A stretch of 63,800 nt of DNA, counting the filler, from Folioceros fuciformis (Eukaryota): assembly GCA_049999805.1 (NCBI GenBank). It is 8 parts of 8 records of this genome, joined end to end, with 100 filler letters (N's around TTAATTAATTAA, not from the genome) between each part and the next. Parts side by side here need not be neighbours in the genome. Positions count along the whole stretch, not along the records: positions 1 to 11,725 come from JBNGIO010005358.1; 7 more parts are not named here. The stretch is one strand, 5' to 3'. This document shows, one piece after another, positions 1 to 11,725 of the stretch. The number at the start of each line of letters is the position of its first letter. The first letter of the stretch is position 1. The notes beneath the pieces are model-generated. The model was not told the DNA's origin. It saw only the letters and a program-made list of their open reading frames with translations, and searched no databases. The position numbers were made by a program, and so were the translations under genes.

Positions 1-2027
1 CCTCTGTTGGCCGAGCGCCTTCGTGTGATGCATGGCGACACAGGTCTACGTGTAGCCCCTGCGTAGCGGGGAGCTTGCGCTCCTCCTCGCTTGTTCCTCC
101 GCTGCGACGGTGCTCCTTGTTCATTCCTCCGCTGCGATCCAGGTTCAGAATGGATCATGACCCCTCCTACACTTGTTCCTCTCATGCCTTGTGCTCCAAG
201 AAGCACCTGCATTGTCAATTTGAAGCATTGCGCCGCTTGTGCTGCTCGCGATGGAGGCTCACGAGCTTGCACGAATACTCACTTCTGGGCCTGCTCCACA
301 GCGGCTATCTCCATCTGCTGTGCCTTAGCCATTTCCTGTTGCAACTCCAGGTTAGCCTCGTAAGCCTCCCTCACCTGAGCTAGCAGGGCCCCCTGTTGTT
401 CCTTCAGCGCCTGCACTTCAGCCCTCGCCTTGCGCGCCTCTTCCTTGGCTTGAGCCTTCTCCTTGTCCAGGATCCATTGCTTCTCCTTCAGTAGTTGCTG
501 CGCTGTCTCCGACTACGCCAGTTGCCTCCTTACTTCAACCTCTCGCTCACGAGCCTCCTCCTCTTTTCCTCGAGTCTCGGTTTCTCGCTCCGCTTGTACA
601 CTTAACTAGGTCAGGGCCCTAGCAGCCTGATCCACGAGGTCTGCTTGGGCTTCCACCATCGCAGCAGTCAGCCCGAGCAGGTCCACCTCCTGCACCCCTC
701 CGGTGCCCATTCCTCTTGCCGTGATTTGTTTGCCCAGGAATTCTTGCAACTTGTCCAGGTCCCCCACCTGCAACTTGTCTCTCTGAGGCCTGCACCTGAA
801 AATGTCCTCCCACCCTGAGAAACCCTCCTGTGCTGAAACGCGCCCTAACTTATCCTCCTATCTGGAGGAAACTGTGTCCGCTGCCATCACCTGATCCTGT
901 GGCCCCTCGGGTCTTGTCTCACCCTGACCTTGCTCCTCCAACCTTCAGTCCTCAATTCCCTGGACTGCTGGTTCTCGTCCTCCCTCCTGCTGGCCCTTCT
1001 GCTCCAGGGTTGCCCCCTCTTCCTCCTGATCAGCCCCCATGCTCACACTTTGTCCTCTGGCCCTTTTCCTCTTGACAGGAGTCTTCTTCTATAGCACCAT
1101 CCTCTTCCTGGGCTTGACTGGGGTTTCTTCCTGCGAGCTATTCCCACTGTTAGCTTCCCAACTGCTGGAGGCAGCCCTTGCTGGCTCAGCGGGCTTCCAC
1201 TTCACATCGCGAATTGGCTTCCACAGGTGCAGCGAGGCCAGCATTTCTAACTCAGTGACTAGGTTAGCGTAACTGTACACATGGATTAGAAACGGGGAAA
1301 TAATACAAGGTTCAAGATTGGGTCGGATCAGGTTATGCCTCTCCTCATCCATCCGGACATATAAAATCCGCCCCCAGTCGATCCTGGTACCCTTCACTAC
1401 TTCATGCACAAACAGGAGCATCTGGTCAGACAGATAATCCTGTTTACGCACCCGGAAGAAGCTCAGGAACCACCTGGCCAATCCCAACAACTGGGGACTT
1501 GCCATGTCGCGCACCAGCCACCCGTTCGCTTCCTTTTTCGTGCCTGCCTTGAGCAGCATTTCCGCGGCTCCCGTCCCGCCACGCTTCTTCAGGGACTCCA
1601 GCACCAGCCCCCCCTCCTCCTATTGGTCGCGCCCGTAGACCTTCCTAATCAACTCTAGGCTCCATTCCTGGGGTCTGCCTCTGATCCCCTCCTTGCGTAC
1701 AGGCTCTATCAGCCTCAGGGCGCACTCCCAGACCAGCTGGGGTGCTGCATGGTTCCACTTCTGGGTCATACAGCTCAGGCCCCGCTCTGCCACCAACTTC
1801 CCTGCCCTCACCCTCCAGTGCTCCATATTGGGCCACAAGAGTAGGTCAATTCGGGGGACAGGAGGCCCCCCCTCCTGTCCAGAGGCTGCTGCTCCAAGGA
1901 TCAGTTCAGGCCGCACCCTCATCCTGCCTGTCCTTCTCCTCTCACACCCTGCGTCGTCTCTCCCGTCGTCTTGGCGCTTTCCCCTCTTTCAGCCGCTTCA
2001 CGCTTCAAGTTACTCCCGCTCCCCATA
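1..2027 (-). pseudogene. Decayed extra ORF of a Ty3/Gypsy (Tat-like) retroelement: globular N-terminal domain plus long coiled coil
   Basis: ORFs 1620-1922 and 1089-1604 share one frame, which continues toward position 1 with only a few TAG/TGA stops. Motifs IDWGRIL and ISPFLIHVY, then E/Q/A-rich heptads (EKAQAKEEARKARAEVQALKEQQ). Lies antisense just upstream of a G-run and LTR-like segment. Confidence 0.55.
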
Positions 2028-2295
2028 CTTTCGGATGCTGGACAGAGCTCCCCTTTCTCTAGGGTTTTTATACCCTGCCTGCTTTCTCCCCTTACGCCCG
2101 TCGGGCTACCTCCAGTCGTCCCTCCGGTAACGGTTGCCCTACCGACTACCGTTGCCCCGTCACCTCGGGCCCTTACTTTTGCCTACCTTAATGTTCTCAA
2201 TGACCCGAGGGCCAAGGAGGCACTCGCTGCTTCCCCCTCCTTGTCCCGATCTCCCGTACTCCCGAAACCCCGAAGCCCAAGGTGGACTTTGGGGG

Positions 2296-2571
2296 TAAAC
2301 ACCCCGATCTTACTCGCTTACTAAGCCGATTCGCCTGTCCCTTCACAAAAGAATCACAACCTACTCATTCAGTCGCTCAAAATGGGGGTTCCGAAAGTTT
2401 TTTTTCGTTCACAGAACCCCAAGCTTCAAGTGGGTGCTGGCCAAGCTCAGGACTCGACTCATCCCAACATTGCCCTAGCACGACATTTTGCCAAGACAAA
2501 CGAAGTCCACGCAAACCGTGCTAAGGCGCATCTGAAGAGGAGCCTTTTGCTCAAACGTGCTGGGGATTACA
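2296..2571 (+). mobile_element. Probable 3' LTR of a Tat-like Gypsy element
   Basis: Preceded by ACTTTGGGGG (PPT-like). Termini (G)TAAACACCCCG...TGGGGATTACA resemble the TGTAA..TTACA inverted ends. Abuts the interrupted non-LTR element at 2572. Confidence 0.45.
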
Positions 2572-4480
2572 CTTAGGCTCTCCATCCTAAGCTAGTGGCT
2601 TCGACGTCCGAGGTGACCATTATGGCTTTATGGGGCCTTCATCGAAAATCGGGAGCCTTTTTGTCTAGACAGGGCAATATTTGGGTAGGCCCTTACATCT
2701 ACCCTAAGCCTTCCTTTGAAGTAATGTTAGGGATAGTCTATGACCATCTTCATGACTATCTTTCTTCTCATGATCCCTCCCGTGGATTTTTAGAGGTATT
2801 TCTTTTAGCAGCTACAGTTGCAAGGAAGCTAGTTCTCCCTCAAGTTTCACAAGTTATGGGTGCAAGTAGATTGTAAGCCATAAAGAAGGCCACTCCTAGG
2901 GTGCAGCCAATTGTTGTGGGAGAGTCTTTCTTACCGCTCATCAATCGGAGTACTACTATTTAGCTCAAGGATCATTTCCAATCTCATCTAAATCCTTACC
3001 AATTTGGGATTGTGACTGTACGAGGCTGTGAATTGGTCGCATTTGGGGTTTCGCTAGTTCTTGAGTCTAACATGTACTAAGTCGCTATGGAGGTGGATGC
3101 GGAAAACGTCTTTAACACAATATTTAGCGCAACTATCATTAATGAGGTTTTGGGCACTAGTGGGCAATTAGTGAGCGTTATTCCTTTCGTCCATTCATTC
3201 TACACGTTGCCTTCCCTTCTCTACTACCAATATGGGCTGGTGATGGAAAGTGTTTCTATGCTTGATTCAGCAGAAGGCACAAGGCATGCTGNNNNNNNNN
3301 NNNNNNNNNNNNNNNNNNNNNNNNNNNNNNNNNNNNNNNNNNNNNNNNNNNNNNNNNNNNNNNNNNNNNNNNNNNNNNNNNNNNNNNNNNNTCTTTGTGA
3401 TAGTCATTTCTATTATTGCATTGTCAATTTCTAATTGCTTATATCCCTTTGTGGTGAACGATACTCACATTTTGGGGCCATATGAGCACACAAGGGAAGC
3501 TTTCAAGTTTTTTTCCGCAAAGTTACCTCATATGGTCTAAAGGTAAAGATTTCTAAGAGGAGGGTTTAGTCCACTCCTGTAGCATTGCCTCCTTTGGCCT
3601 TCCCGGGGGGCGAAATTGCTTCCTCACAAGGCCTTTAAGTTATGGGGTTCCTAATGGGCCCTTCAACCTTTGTCCAAGGCTTTGTGAATGCGACCCTTGA
3701 GGAGGACTTAGCCCATGTGGATGACCTTGCCAATTAAGGGGACCCACAAGTGGTCTTGGGATTCTCTCCTCATTATTTGCGAATCGTCTAGTATACCTTC
3801 TCTGGATGGTCTCTCCCTCTTTGACAATCCTAGCAAGCTGGAGGAGCTTTGACAATAGGATCATGGATGTTTTTGGTGATGTAGTTGGTTGTGGTACTTT
3901 CGAGTGTAACATCGAAGATCTTGCAAGGCAACAAACATCTCTTCCTATCGTGTTTGGAGGCATTGATTACTGACGAAAGAGATATTCGCACCCAGGGCAT
4001 TTCTTAGGAATTGGGCCGATTCGGCTCCTATTTTGGCTTCTCGTGTTTTCATTGATGATCCTGCATTTTAGAATCTTTTATTCTTGCTATTGAGGAGCAT
4101 GCCCTCTCTTTGTAGGTGTCTCTAAGATCAGCTAGGGACTCTTTTTTTTTTGTGGCTAGGGTTGCTATGCCTCAATTTTCATCTCTTTTCGCCATAGGGA
4201 TTCGGGGGCCCCAAGCTTCTCTTCTCGAAAGGGAATACGAGCATGTGTAGCTTAATCTTCTTTGGGATCCTTGAATCCCCAGGTCTGTTCAAGCACGACT
4301 TCATTCGTGCTCAGGAAAGGGTGTAGGTCATTGGCTCTTAGCTCGACCTTGCATCCAAGCTTTTTGAATCACACTAGTCACATTTTCTACTGCGATCAGG
4401 TTTTGTCTTAGTTAGGTCCAACCTTTGGCCTCTTCTCTCTCCTTCTGCAATTATGGGTCATTATTATCTTGCTAATACCA
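2572..4480 (+). mobile_element. Degenerate CRE-like (restriction-like endonuclease clade) non-LTR retrotransposon RT
   Basis: Broken frames read VQPIVVGE, HLNPYQFG..RGCE, EVDAENVFNTI, AEGTR, VNDTHILG (decayed ADD), SCSGKGVGHWL and a Cys-rich tail, the motif order of this RT family. Many stops and frameshifts; 100-N gap at 3292-3391. Confidence 0.7.
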
Positions 4481-4710
4481 TACATGTTTTTGCCATTACC
4501 AACGCTCGTTGTAGAGGAATGGAAGCCATTTAAATATGTTTTTATATTACTTATGAGATTATTTATTTTTATTTCATCACATCTAATATGTTATATGAAT
4601 TATAAATATCTTTATAAAATATAGAACTTTATGTTTTTATAATTTATTTTATGTGTTAATATTGATGAATATTTTCTTTATACTATGACCCATTTTTCAA
4701 AGATGTCATT

Positions 4711-5447
4711 TGTCACAACCCCAAATTACACTACTTTTAAATAAGATGTGTACCTTGGAAAATTGAGCATGCTCGTTTCTTAGTTTGCATGGCCTTTCGT
4801 TGATCTCAAGTACTCTACCAAGAAGCCCAATTCAACAAATGCAAATACGAAGCTACCCTAGGCCTATCTATTATGAAAAAGAACCTATTTTGTTTTACAC
4901 CTAATATCCTATTCACTATAACTTTTCCAAGGTTACGATTTATCTATTATCTTGTTCATTCGTTATTACGGTTTTTGAGAAAGCAACCTCATATTCATCT
5001 AAGTTGTTGTGCTCTAAGAGATCTTGCCTTCCAACATCTGAATGTATTTAACCCTTAGACCGTTTAAACTTAGCATATATTTTATATTCATGTATATATG
5101 GGTTGGCCAGCCCCTATATTGATATATGCATATATTCTTGCACTGCACACAAATGCCTCCCTTAGGGTGCTTCCTCTCCATCGTGCACACCAAGGTTGCT
5201 GGTCATCTTTCCACTCTTCGGTGGTTTACTACACACGAGATTGATGAAAGGAGTAGCTTTCTCTACTCCTTCTCCCTCAATGTGAGTAAGTGATCACGTT
5301 TATAATTCATAGATGCCTCACCTTGGGTGCTTCCTCCTCATCATACACACTAAGGCTGTTGGCCATCCTTCCACTCTTCGGTGGTTTACTAGACACAAGA
5401 ATGACGAAAGGCATAGCTTTCTCTACTCCTCCTCCCTCGATGTGACA
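4711..5447 (-). mobile_element. 3' LTR (737 bp) of the PHD-integrase Gypsy element
   Basis: Minus strand reads TGTCACA...TGTGACA (7-bp inverted termini) directly after the PPT. Internal ~130-bp duplication at ~5153-5285 and ~5313-5445. Confidence 0.8.
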
Positions 5448-5466
5448 TCATCACTCCCCCTCTTAA
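5448..5466 (-). promoter_or_regulatory. Polypurine tract (PPT)
   Basis: Minus strand TAAGAGGGGGAGTGA immediately before the LTR start. Confidence 0.8.
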
Positions 5467-5563
5467 TCTGCTGACCATCTTTTGTTGGCAAGACATATTA
5501 ACAAAATTTGCACCAAAATTCATCACTTGAACCCGTTCCAATACATGCTAACCACACTGCCCT

Positions 5564-7706
5564 TCACAACGTATCAACTGCCACGCACATTGCACAAAAC
5601 CATTGCCCCTCAGGCACTGTTTCTAGTGGAGGCTCTAAACAAAAAATATGCCACCCATCATTGCACCTATCACAGAACAACATGCAATGATCCTTTCCAG
5701 GGTCTCCACAGCTTGTGCAAGCAAATCTCTTATTTTGTACAAAAGCTTGCACATAAATTATTGGATTTAAATGAGGTAAATGACATGGCGCACAATTTTT
5801 CATGTGCTCCAAACAAGTTGTACCATCTCTTCCCTCCAATTCCAAAACTCCATTCAATTTCACACTTCTCACTCTTAATATTATTTTACTTGCTCTTGTA
5901 TCAATTATTGTCATTGTCTTCCTCTGCAAATATACATAATCTCCCACTTCAAACTTTTTCACCTTAGGTATGAAATGCCCACTTCATATTTTCTTGTACC
6001 TTAACTTATCCCTATGTTGAGCTATTAATAAGTTGTCCATTGCCATGCACATGATTCTCTTAAACAACTCTACCCTTTGTGTAACTATCTGCAACCACTT
6101 ATTAGGATCATCCAACTCCACTATAGCATTTACCATGTCTTCCAACATCCCTAATAACTGTGGCCTCCGCCCAAACAACAACACGTATGGCGAAAACTTT
6201 CCCAATGATGCTTGCCTACTCATCCTATAACTCATCGCAAGAAATGGTAACATCCTATCCCACTCACTCTTGTCCATTACCAAACAATACTTTCTCAAAG
6301 CCCTCTTGCATGTCTGTACCATTCTCTCCGCCAAACCATCAGCCTCTGGATGATTCCTTTAGGTAACCCTATGGTCAATAAGATACTCATTTAAAAATTC
6401 ATCAAAATCTCCCATAAACCCAGTACCTTGATTTGTCAAAATTTCTGCACATGCCCCAAAAACACTCAATACATGATTAAGAAACGCTTCTTTAATGTCA
6501 CGTGCCTTCTTCTTTCTTAAAGGCACCAACACTATCCACTTAGAAAAATGTTCTATCATTACCAACACATATTTAAACCCTCTACGCGTGACTGGTAAAG
6601 GAATACATGTGTTGGATAGCTGATTAGGGTTCGGTAGTCTAGTTAAGTTAAGAGCTTTAAAGGACACACCTTTTCATTAGGGTTACTTCCTTTGATTAGG
6701 TCACAACGTTTCAGAGGTGACTTAAGTTATTCTTATGACCAATACATTATTGTTGTATTCTTAACACAATGTGATTATCTAATATGTTTAATTGATATGT
6801 AATTACCTAAATTTGTTAATTGATAACTCTCTAGCCAAATCCAAACTCCGCCTATGAAACATCCCCCTAATAGGCAACGAATGAAGCTGAGAAGTTTTGC
6901 TTGAAAAACTCGCTTTCACCCTACCACAAACTTCACAAGTAGACGCCACCTTCTCCATCACCTCCATCATTCCTTTCTAATAATAATTGCTCATGAGTAA
7001 ACTTAGTGTCCTTTTTGTACCAAAATGTCTTAACTCTACATGAATTTTTTTTGTCAAATTATCATTTCTTTCGGTATTGGCACCATCTTCATGTTTTCCC
7101 TACACAATAACTTATTATCAACCCATACATACCTTCTACTTCGTTTCGTCACTCTATCATTCTCCCTTACCATCAACGGCTCTTTATTTCTACTCGTCAT
7201 CACCCACTCCAATGTATTGTTGTCTTCCCAAACTTCCATCGTCGTCGAAGAAACTCCTAACCCCACCAAATTCACCAGGTATGCACTTGGTGTCCATTTG
7301 GACACCACCAAGTTACAGTGAACCCCTTCATCTTTATAAAATCCTGCTTGGCAGCTGTAGAGTGCTTTGCACTTCCCAACAGATTCCTTGATAACACATT
7401 TGCATTAACATGTTTCGCTCCTATCCTATGCTCAATAGAAAAATTATACTCCTATAAAACGAGTGCCCACCTCGCTAAGTTTCCTGTCAATTTTTCACTT
7501 TTCAGCAACCACTTCAAAGGTTGATGATCTGTCACCAACTCAAATTGAGTACCATACAAATAAGGCTTAAAATGTGATACCACCCATACTGCCGTCAAAC
7601 ATTCTCCATGATATGAGGAATAATTACTCTCAATAGAATTGTTACTCCTACTTGCATATGCTATCACATGCTCCACTCCATTTTCATCATCCTACACCAA
7701 CACTGC
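5564..7706 (-). pseudogene. Ty3/Gypsy pol fragment: RNase H - integrase - C-terminal PHD finger
   Basis: RNase H (VIAYASRS..YHGECLTAVW..LVTDHQPLKWL..LARW); integrase core (SLDLAREL/PVTRRGFKYVLVMIEHFSKW, LTNQGTGF, GLAERMVQT); FEVGDYVYL; then C4HC3 PHD at 5585-5719. 5' part cut off by the LTR insertion at 7707. Confidence 0.9.
6599..6823. mobile_element. 225-bp AT-rich insertion splitting the integrase
   Basis: Removing it plus one TAA restores the codons E-L-P-V-T-R-R-G. TAA lies on both sides (6596-6598, 6824-6826). Its start recurs at 35469-35505. Confidence 0.65.
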
Positions 7707-8575
7707 TGTGGAGCACATAGTAGATAGATCCCTTAGAAAATGATAGTATTTGTTTTTTTTTGAATTGTGGTTGAATACTTTGGCAGGGTCGATAGGGAAT
7801 TAAGCTAAGTAGGATGGTTAGGGCCCGGGTGGTGCTTGTGGTCGAAGGGTAACGAGTCCTGGGGATAGGGTGTCCAGATCTGTGTGGAACCCTAGGTCAC
7901 AAGGTGGAACCCTAGGTCTGCGCGTGTGAAGGGTGAGTCGGCTCCTGGAGGGGAGATGGGGATGTCGGGCCCTGCTCCTGGTGCACCGGATAGACAAGGT
8001 TCACAAGGGCACAACAGCGCGGGAGCGGGGATACTATGGTTGCGCGGTATGCGAAATGTAGGGATGTTCAGGAGTGCGTGCACCGAGCATGACTAGTCTC
8101 GTATCCTCGGCTTACATGGAGGCCATGCCCTACAAGGGTATTCTCAGCTCTGCTCCCCCTGGGTATTCTTTGGCTCCGGACAGGCTGCGGTAGCGGCATC
8201 TCTTCGGCCGCCGTGTGGGTCGTGGAACGGAAGGGAGGGTGGATTGAGCTGCGCTGTGGGGGGGCGGGTCGAGCTGTGCCCACCACAACTCAACCCGCCC
8301 TCCCGCCCTGATCGAGCTGTGCGGGCCGGGGTGGATCCGGGCAGGCGGCTTGGCTGCCGGGGTAGATCTAAGCGAGGCGGGATCGCCAAGCAGGCCGCGT
8401 TGGCAGCAGGATGGCCGGACCCGCAGGTGCAGCAGCCTGGGAGCCGGATTCGGGCTGAGGCCGATGGGATTCAACGGGATGGTTGGGCAGGCAGATCAAA
8501 GTGGATCCATCTGGCTGGGAACAGCGGCCTGGCTGGCTGTCTTAGCCAAGCAATCGCCCGGCCCGCGAGTGCCCC
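7707..8575 (+). mobile_element. 5' part of an Athila-like family LTR (TGTGGAG...) with GC-rich tract, truncated
   Basis: Starts TGTGGAGCACATAG..CCCTTAGAAAATGATAGTATTTGTTTTTTTT, matching the ends at 46327 and 58699. Inserted in the Gypsy RNase H. Confidence 0.7.
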
Positions 8576-8579
8576 TCCC

Positions 8580-10300
8580 TTCCTCCTCCGATCCTACAGT
8601 GGATTCAACTTCCTTCCTCCTCTTCTTGGCCCTCTGTTGCTTTCCTCTCCTCCTTCCACTACGGGTGCATATTGCCATGGCTGCAACCTCCCCATAGTAA
8701 CCACCCTTTGTGGTGTCCAGGTCTTCCAATCCCCTAAGCACCTTAGCCTCAGCCTCCTCCCAAACAGCCATGAGAGCATTCTCTACATGCATGGCTGTTG
8801 CAACCCCTTGGGTTGCTGCTTGTTGCACCCCCATCACAGCTGGTTGGGCTATTCGCACACTCTTCCTAGGGTTCTGGCAAAGCATGCTGCCCGCCCCATG
8901 ACCTTGTTGTTTGCAGTCTTAGCACAACCTGTCATAATCTCCATTGGCCTGCCTGGTTGCTGATGGACAGCTATGGGCATAATGTCCAAAGCCACGGCAA
9001 TTGTAGCATTGGACAACCCCCGCTATTTAGTTAGCAACCCTACCCACCTGGTTACTGCGACCACCCATGACCATGGAATTTCGCAGAATGGAAGGGTGAG
9101 CTGTCTTGGGGTATTGCTAACCTTGGGGAAACTCCTGAATCTGGTAGGAGTCCTCCATCGGCCACTCCTCTTCCTCTCCCTCATAGGTCAGCAAGTGCAC
9201 CTTAGCCCCTTGACAATGGGACTTAGTGTGCCCTTGCTCACCACAAGTGGAGCAAAACAAATTGGCATGGCCATTAGTTGCAGCCCTCCTCCTCTCATGT
9301 TCCTTGACAACATGGAGATGAAACTTCTCAAACTTACTCATCATCTCCTCTATCTTGGACTCCTACTGCTCCATCTTCCTGCTCCTTGATCCTTAGTCTT
9401 CTTTGTCTCCATCCTCCTCTTAGCCACCTCGGCCTCCTTCTTCCTCCTCCTTTTCTTGGCAGCCTCGTCCTCCGAGGACTCCTCCTCCATGCTGTCCTCC
9501 GCTGAAGATGAAGAACTCCCCGATGTTGATCCCTTTGAAAAATCATTCTCCTCAGAGGAGTCTTCATCCGAGGAGGATAACTCCTTCTTCTTCTTCCCTT
9601 TCCTAGGCCTGTTCTTCTTCTTGTCCTTCTCCTTCACCCTCTCTCTCTCCTTCTTGGATGTCCCCTTGCCCCAAGGGTGGGATTCTTCATAGTTGAGGGC
9701 TGCCTTGATAGCCATGTCCACGTCTTTCTCTGCAAACAGCTTCACATGGCCCCACATTTTGGACCCTAGGCCTCCAGCAAACCACCGGATAGCCTACAAG
9801 TCAGAATGAGGCCCACAGCGGTTTCGCAGGCTATGGAACCTCTCCACATAGGCTTGCAAGGTTTCCTTCCGCCTCCTTCTCAAGGACTCCAACTTGGACA
9901 GCACATAACCCTCTACATCTATACCCCTAAACCTCTCGCAAAAGGTCCTCTTCAGCACATCAAAAGTTGCTAGAAAAGTACCGGACTTGAGGTACTCCCT
10001 CTAGTACCACTTGGCAGGCCATAGAACCCCATAGAACAATTGGATGCACTGTGCATCCACTGATTCATGGTTAGTAATGGTCAGCAATTCAAGCTGCTCC
10101 ACAAACTCATCCGGATCTTCATACCCCTTCGTCCCCCCATACAAAGGGTCCGGTTGCTTGGTGGACATTGCAACAGGAGTTGGGACTGCCATGGTGCCTG
10201 CACTCACAACCAGAGTTGCAGATCCAGCAGCTACAATTGTGTTGATGTTGCTGGACCCTTTAGCACCTGCACGCCTAATCACCTGCACAAGACTAGGATG
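8580..10300 (-). pseudogene. Ty3/Gypsy gag (retrotransposon gag domain, K/S/E-rich linker, two CCHC knuckles)
   Basis: YGGTKGYEDPDEFVEQLE..AKWY, KETLQAYVERF..GGL, CSTCGEQGHTKSHC and CYNCRGFGHYAHSC. Stops and frameshifts present. Confidence 0.85.
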
Positions 10301-10309
10301 GGGGCTAAG

Positions 10310-10572
10310 TAGAGATCTAGCAAGGGATCGAGGATGCAAGATTAGGAAGCTTAGAAAAGAATTGATTAAAATTATATGTGTCCATGAGACTACAAGACTG
10401 TAAGCGAGCAAGATGTGTCTGTTCACAGAGGTGTGAACCAAATGTCAACAGTCACTACGTATGAAACGTGACAGCGTTTCATATCTACGTTCATAAATAA
10501 ATGAGTAAATTAGTTAACCCTTAAAGCCTGGCTATTTAATACTATAACTTGATAAGGTATGGTATTTCCTTA
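10310..10572 (-). mobile_element. Small solo-LTR-like insertion (263 bp)
   Basis: Flanked by CTAAG (10305-10309, 10573-10577). Homologous to 61749-61892, including the hairpin ATGAAACG..CGTTTCAT. Confidence 0.55.
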
Positions 10573-10917
10573 CTAAGTAGCATATTTGGATTAGGTTGCC
10601 CTGGCCTAGGCTCCCCTCCAACAGCTGAAAGTTGGGGCTCTTGCTCCAACAAGATCAGACCCCCAAAATCACATGGTTGCTTGCCCCTCGCTTCCTCCTA
10701 GCTGGTGTGTGCCTTGGTTGTGCCCTCCTCAACTCCCTCTCTACAGCTCTTTGCCCACGCTCCACTGCTTGTTGCTGCCTCCTTGCTTGAGCCCCCTTTT
10801 CACAGCTGGAGTTGAAATCTTCAACTCCTATGCGGGGCATCCATCAGCCCTTCCCGCATCCCCTTACACAGTCCCCTATCTAAGTTAGTTCCCTCTAAAC
10901 CTTGACAGCAATGTCAC

Positions 10918-10938
10918 TCCTTGGCAACGGCTCTAAAA
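10918..10938 (-). promoter_or_regulatory. Primer-binding site, Athila-type (tRNA-Asp-like)
   Basis: Minus strand TTTTAGAGCCGTTGCCAAGGA directly after the LTR end, a decayed form of TTTGGCGCCGTTGCCGGGGA. Confidence 0.6.
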
Positions 10939-11600
10939 TCTGGAGCGATCCTTCAACCAAGAATCACCAAAAGGTCCACATTAGTCCTTATTGTCATTGC
11001 ATTGCTGAGATCCATTCCCAAGAGAGTGACCTCGTGACAAGGTAGTCTACTATTCCTTCCCAATGCACTAACCTAATCCTACCTATCAGCACCTACCCAA
11101 CCCTAATAGTGGCTACAGCAGTTAGGTCAAACTCCATAGCTCTATTCCTAGCACCAGACACCTCAGCAGCTGAAAGGAAATCCCCAACACCAACTCCAAC
11201 CTCCACTCTTAGCTCCAAGCACCAGCCATCTCAGCAGCTGAAAGAAAGCTGCAACATCAACTCTAGCCTCCACTCTCAACTCCAAGCACCAGCCATCTCA
11301 GCAACTAAAAGGAAGCTGCAACATCAACTCCAGCCTCCACTCTCAGCTCCAAGCACCAGCTATCTCAGCAGCTGAAAGGAAGCTTCAACACCAACGCCAG
11401 CCCCTATCTTCAACGCCAACGCCTCACTTCAACCCTTCAACTCCTCACTTCAGCACTTCAGCTCTTGAAATATGGAACCCTACTTTTCAACTCCTGGAAC
11501 TTGGAACACAACAGTCTCCCCACTTGCATCCCTTAAGGCAGGGATGTGAAGTCTTGGGCTGGATAGCCTCCTTGGCTCACGGCCCTACAACCCTAAACTT
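10939..11600 (-). mobile_element. 3' part of the 5' LTR of the Athila-like element; contains about four 67-bp tandem units (11150-11400)
   Basis: Homologous to the LTR ends at 51138, 53930 and 58742 (CCAAGAAYCACCAA..GTGA.CT.GTG.CAAGG). Confidence 0.7.
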
Positions 11601-11725
11601 GGGAACCCACTTAGGGATGTGTAGAGGGAAAACCTATTCGCGAACCCCTTTTTGAGTGACAGATTTGGTGGATTTTGGTTTTTTGTGTGAAGTGAAGGAG
11701 AAAGCGGCTTGGGTTGAGGATAAAA

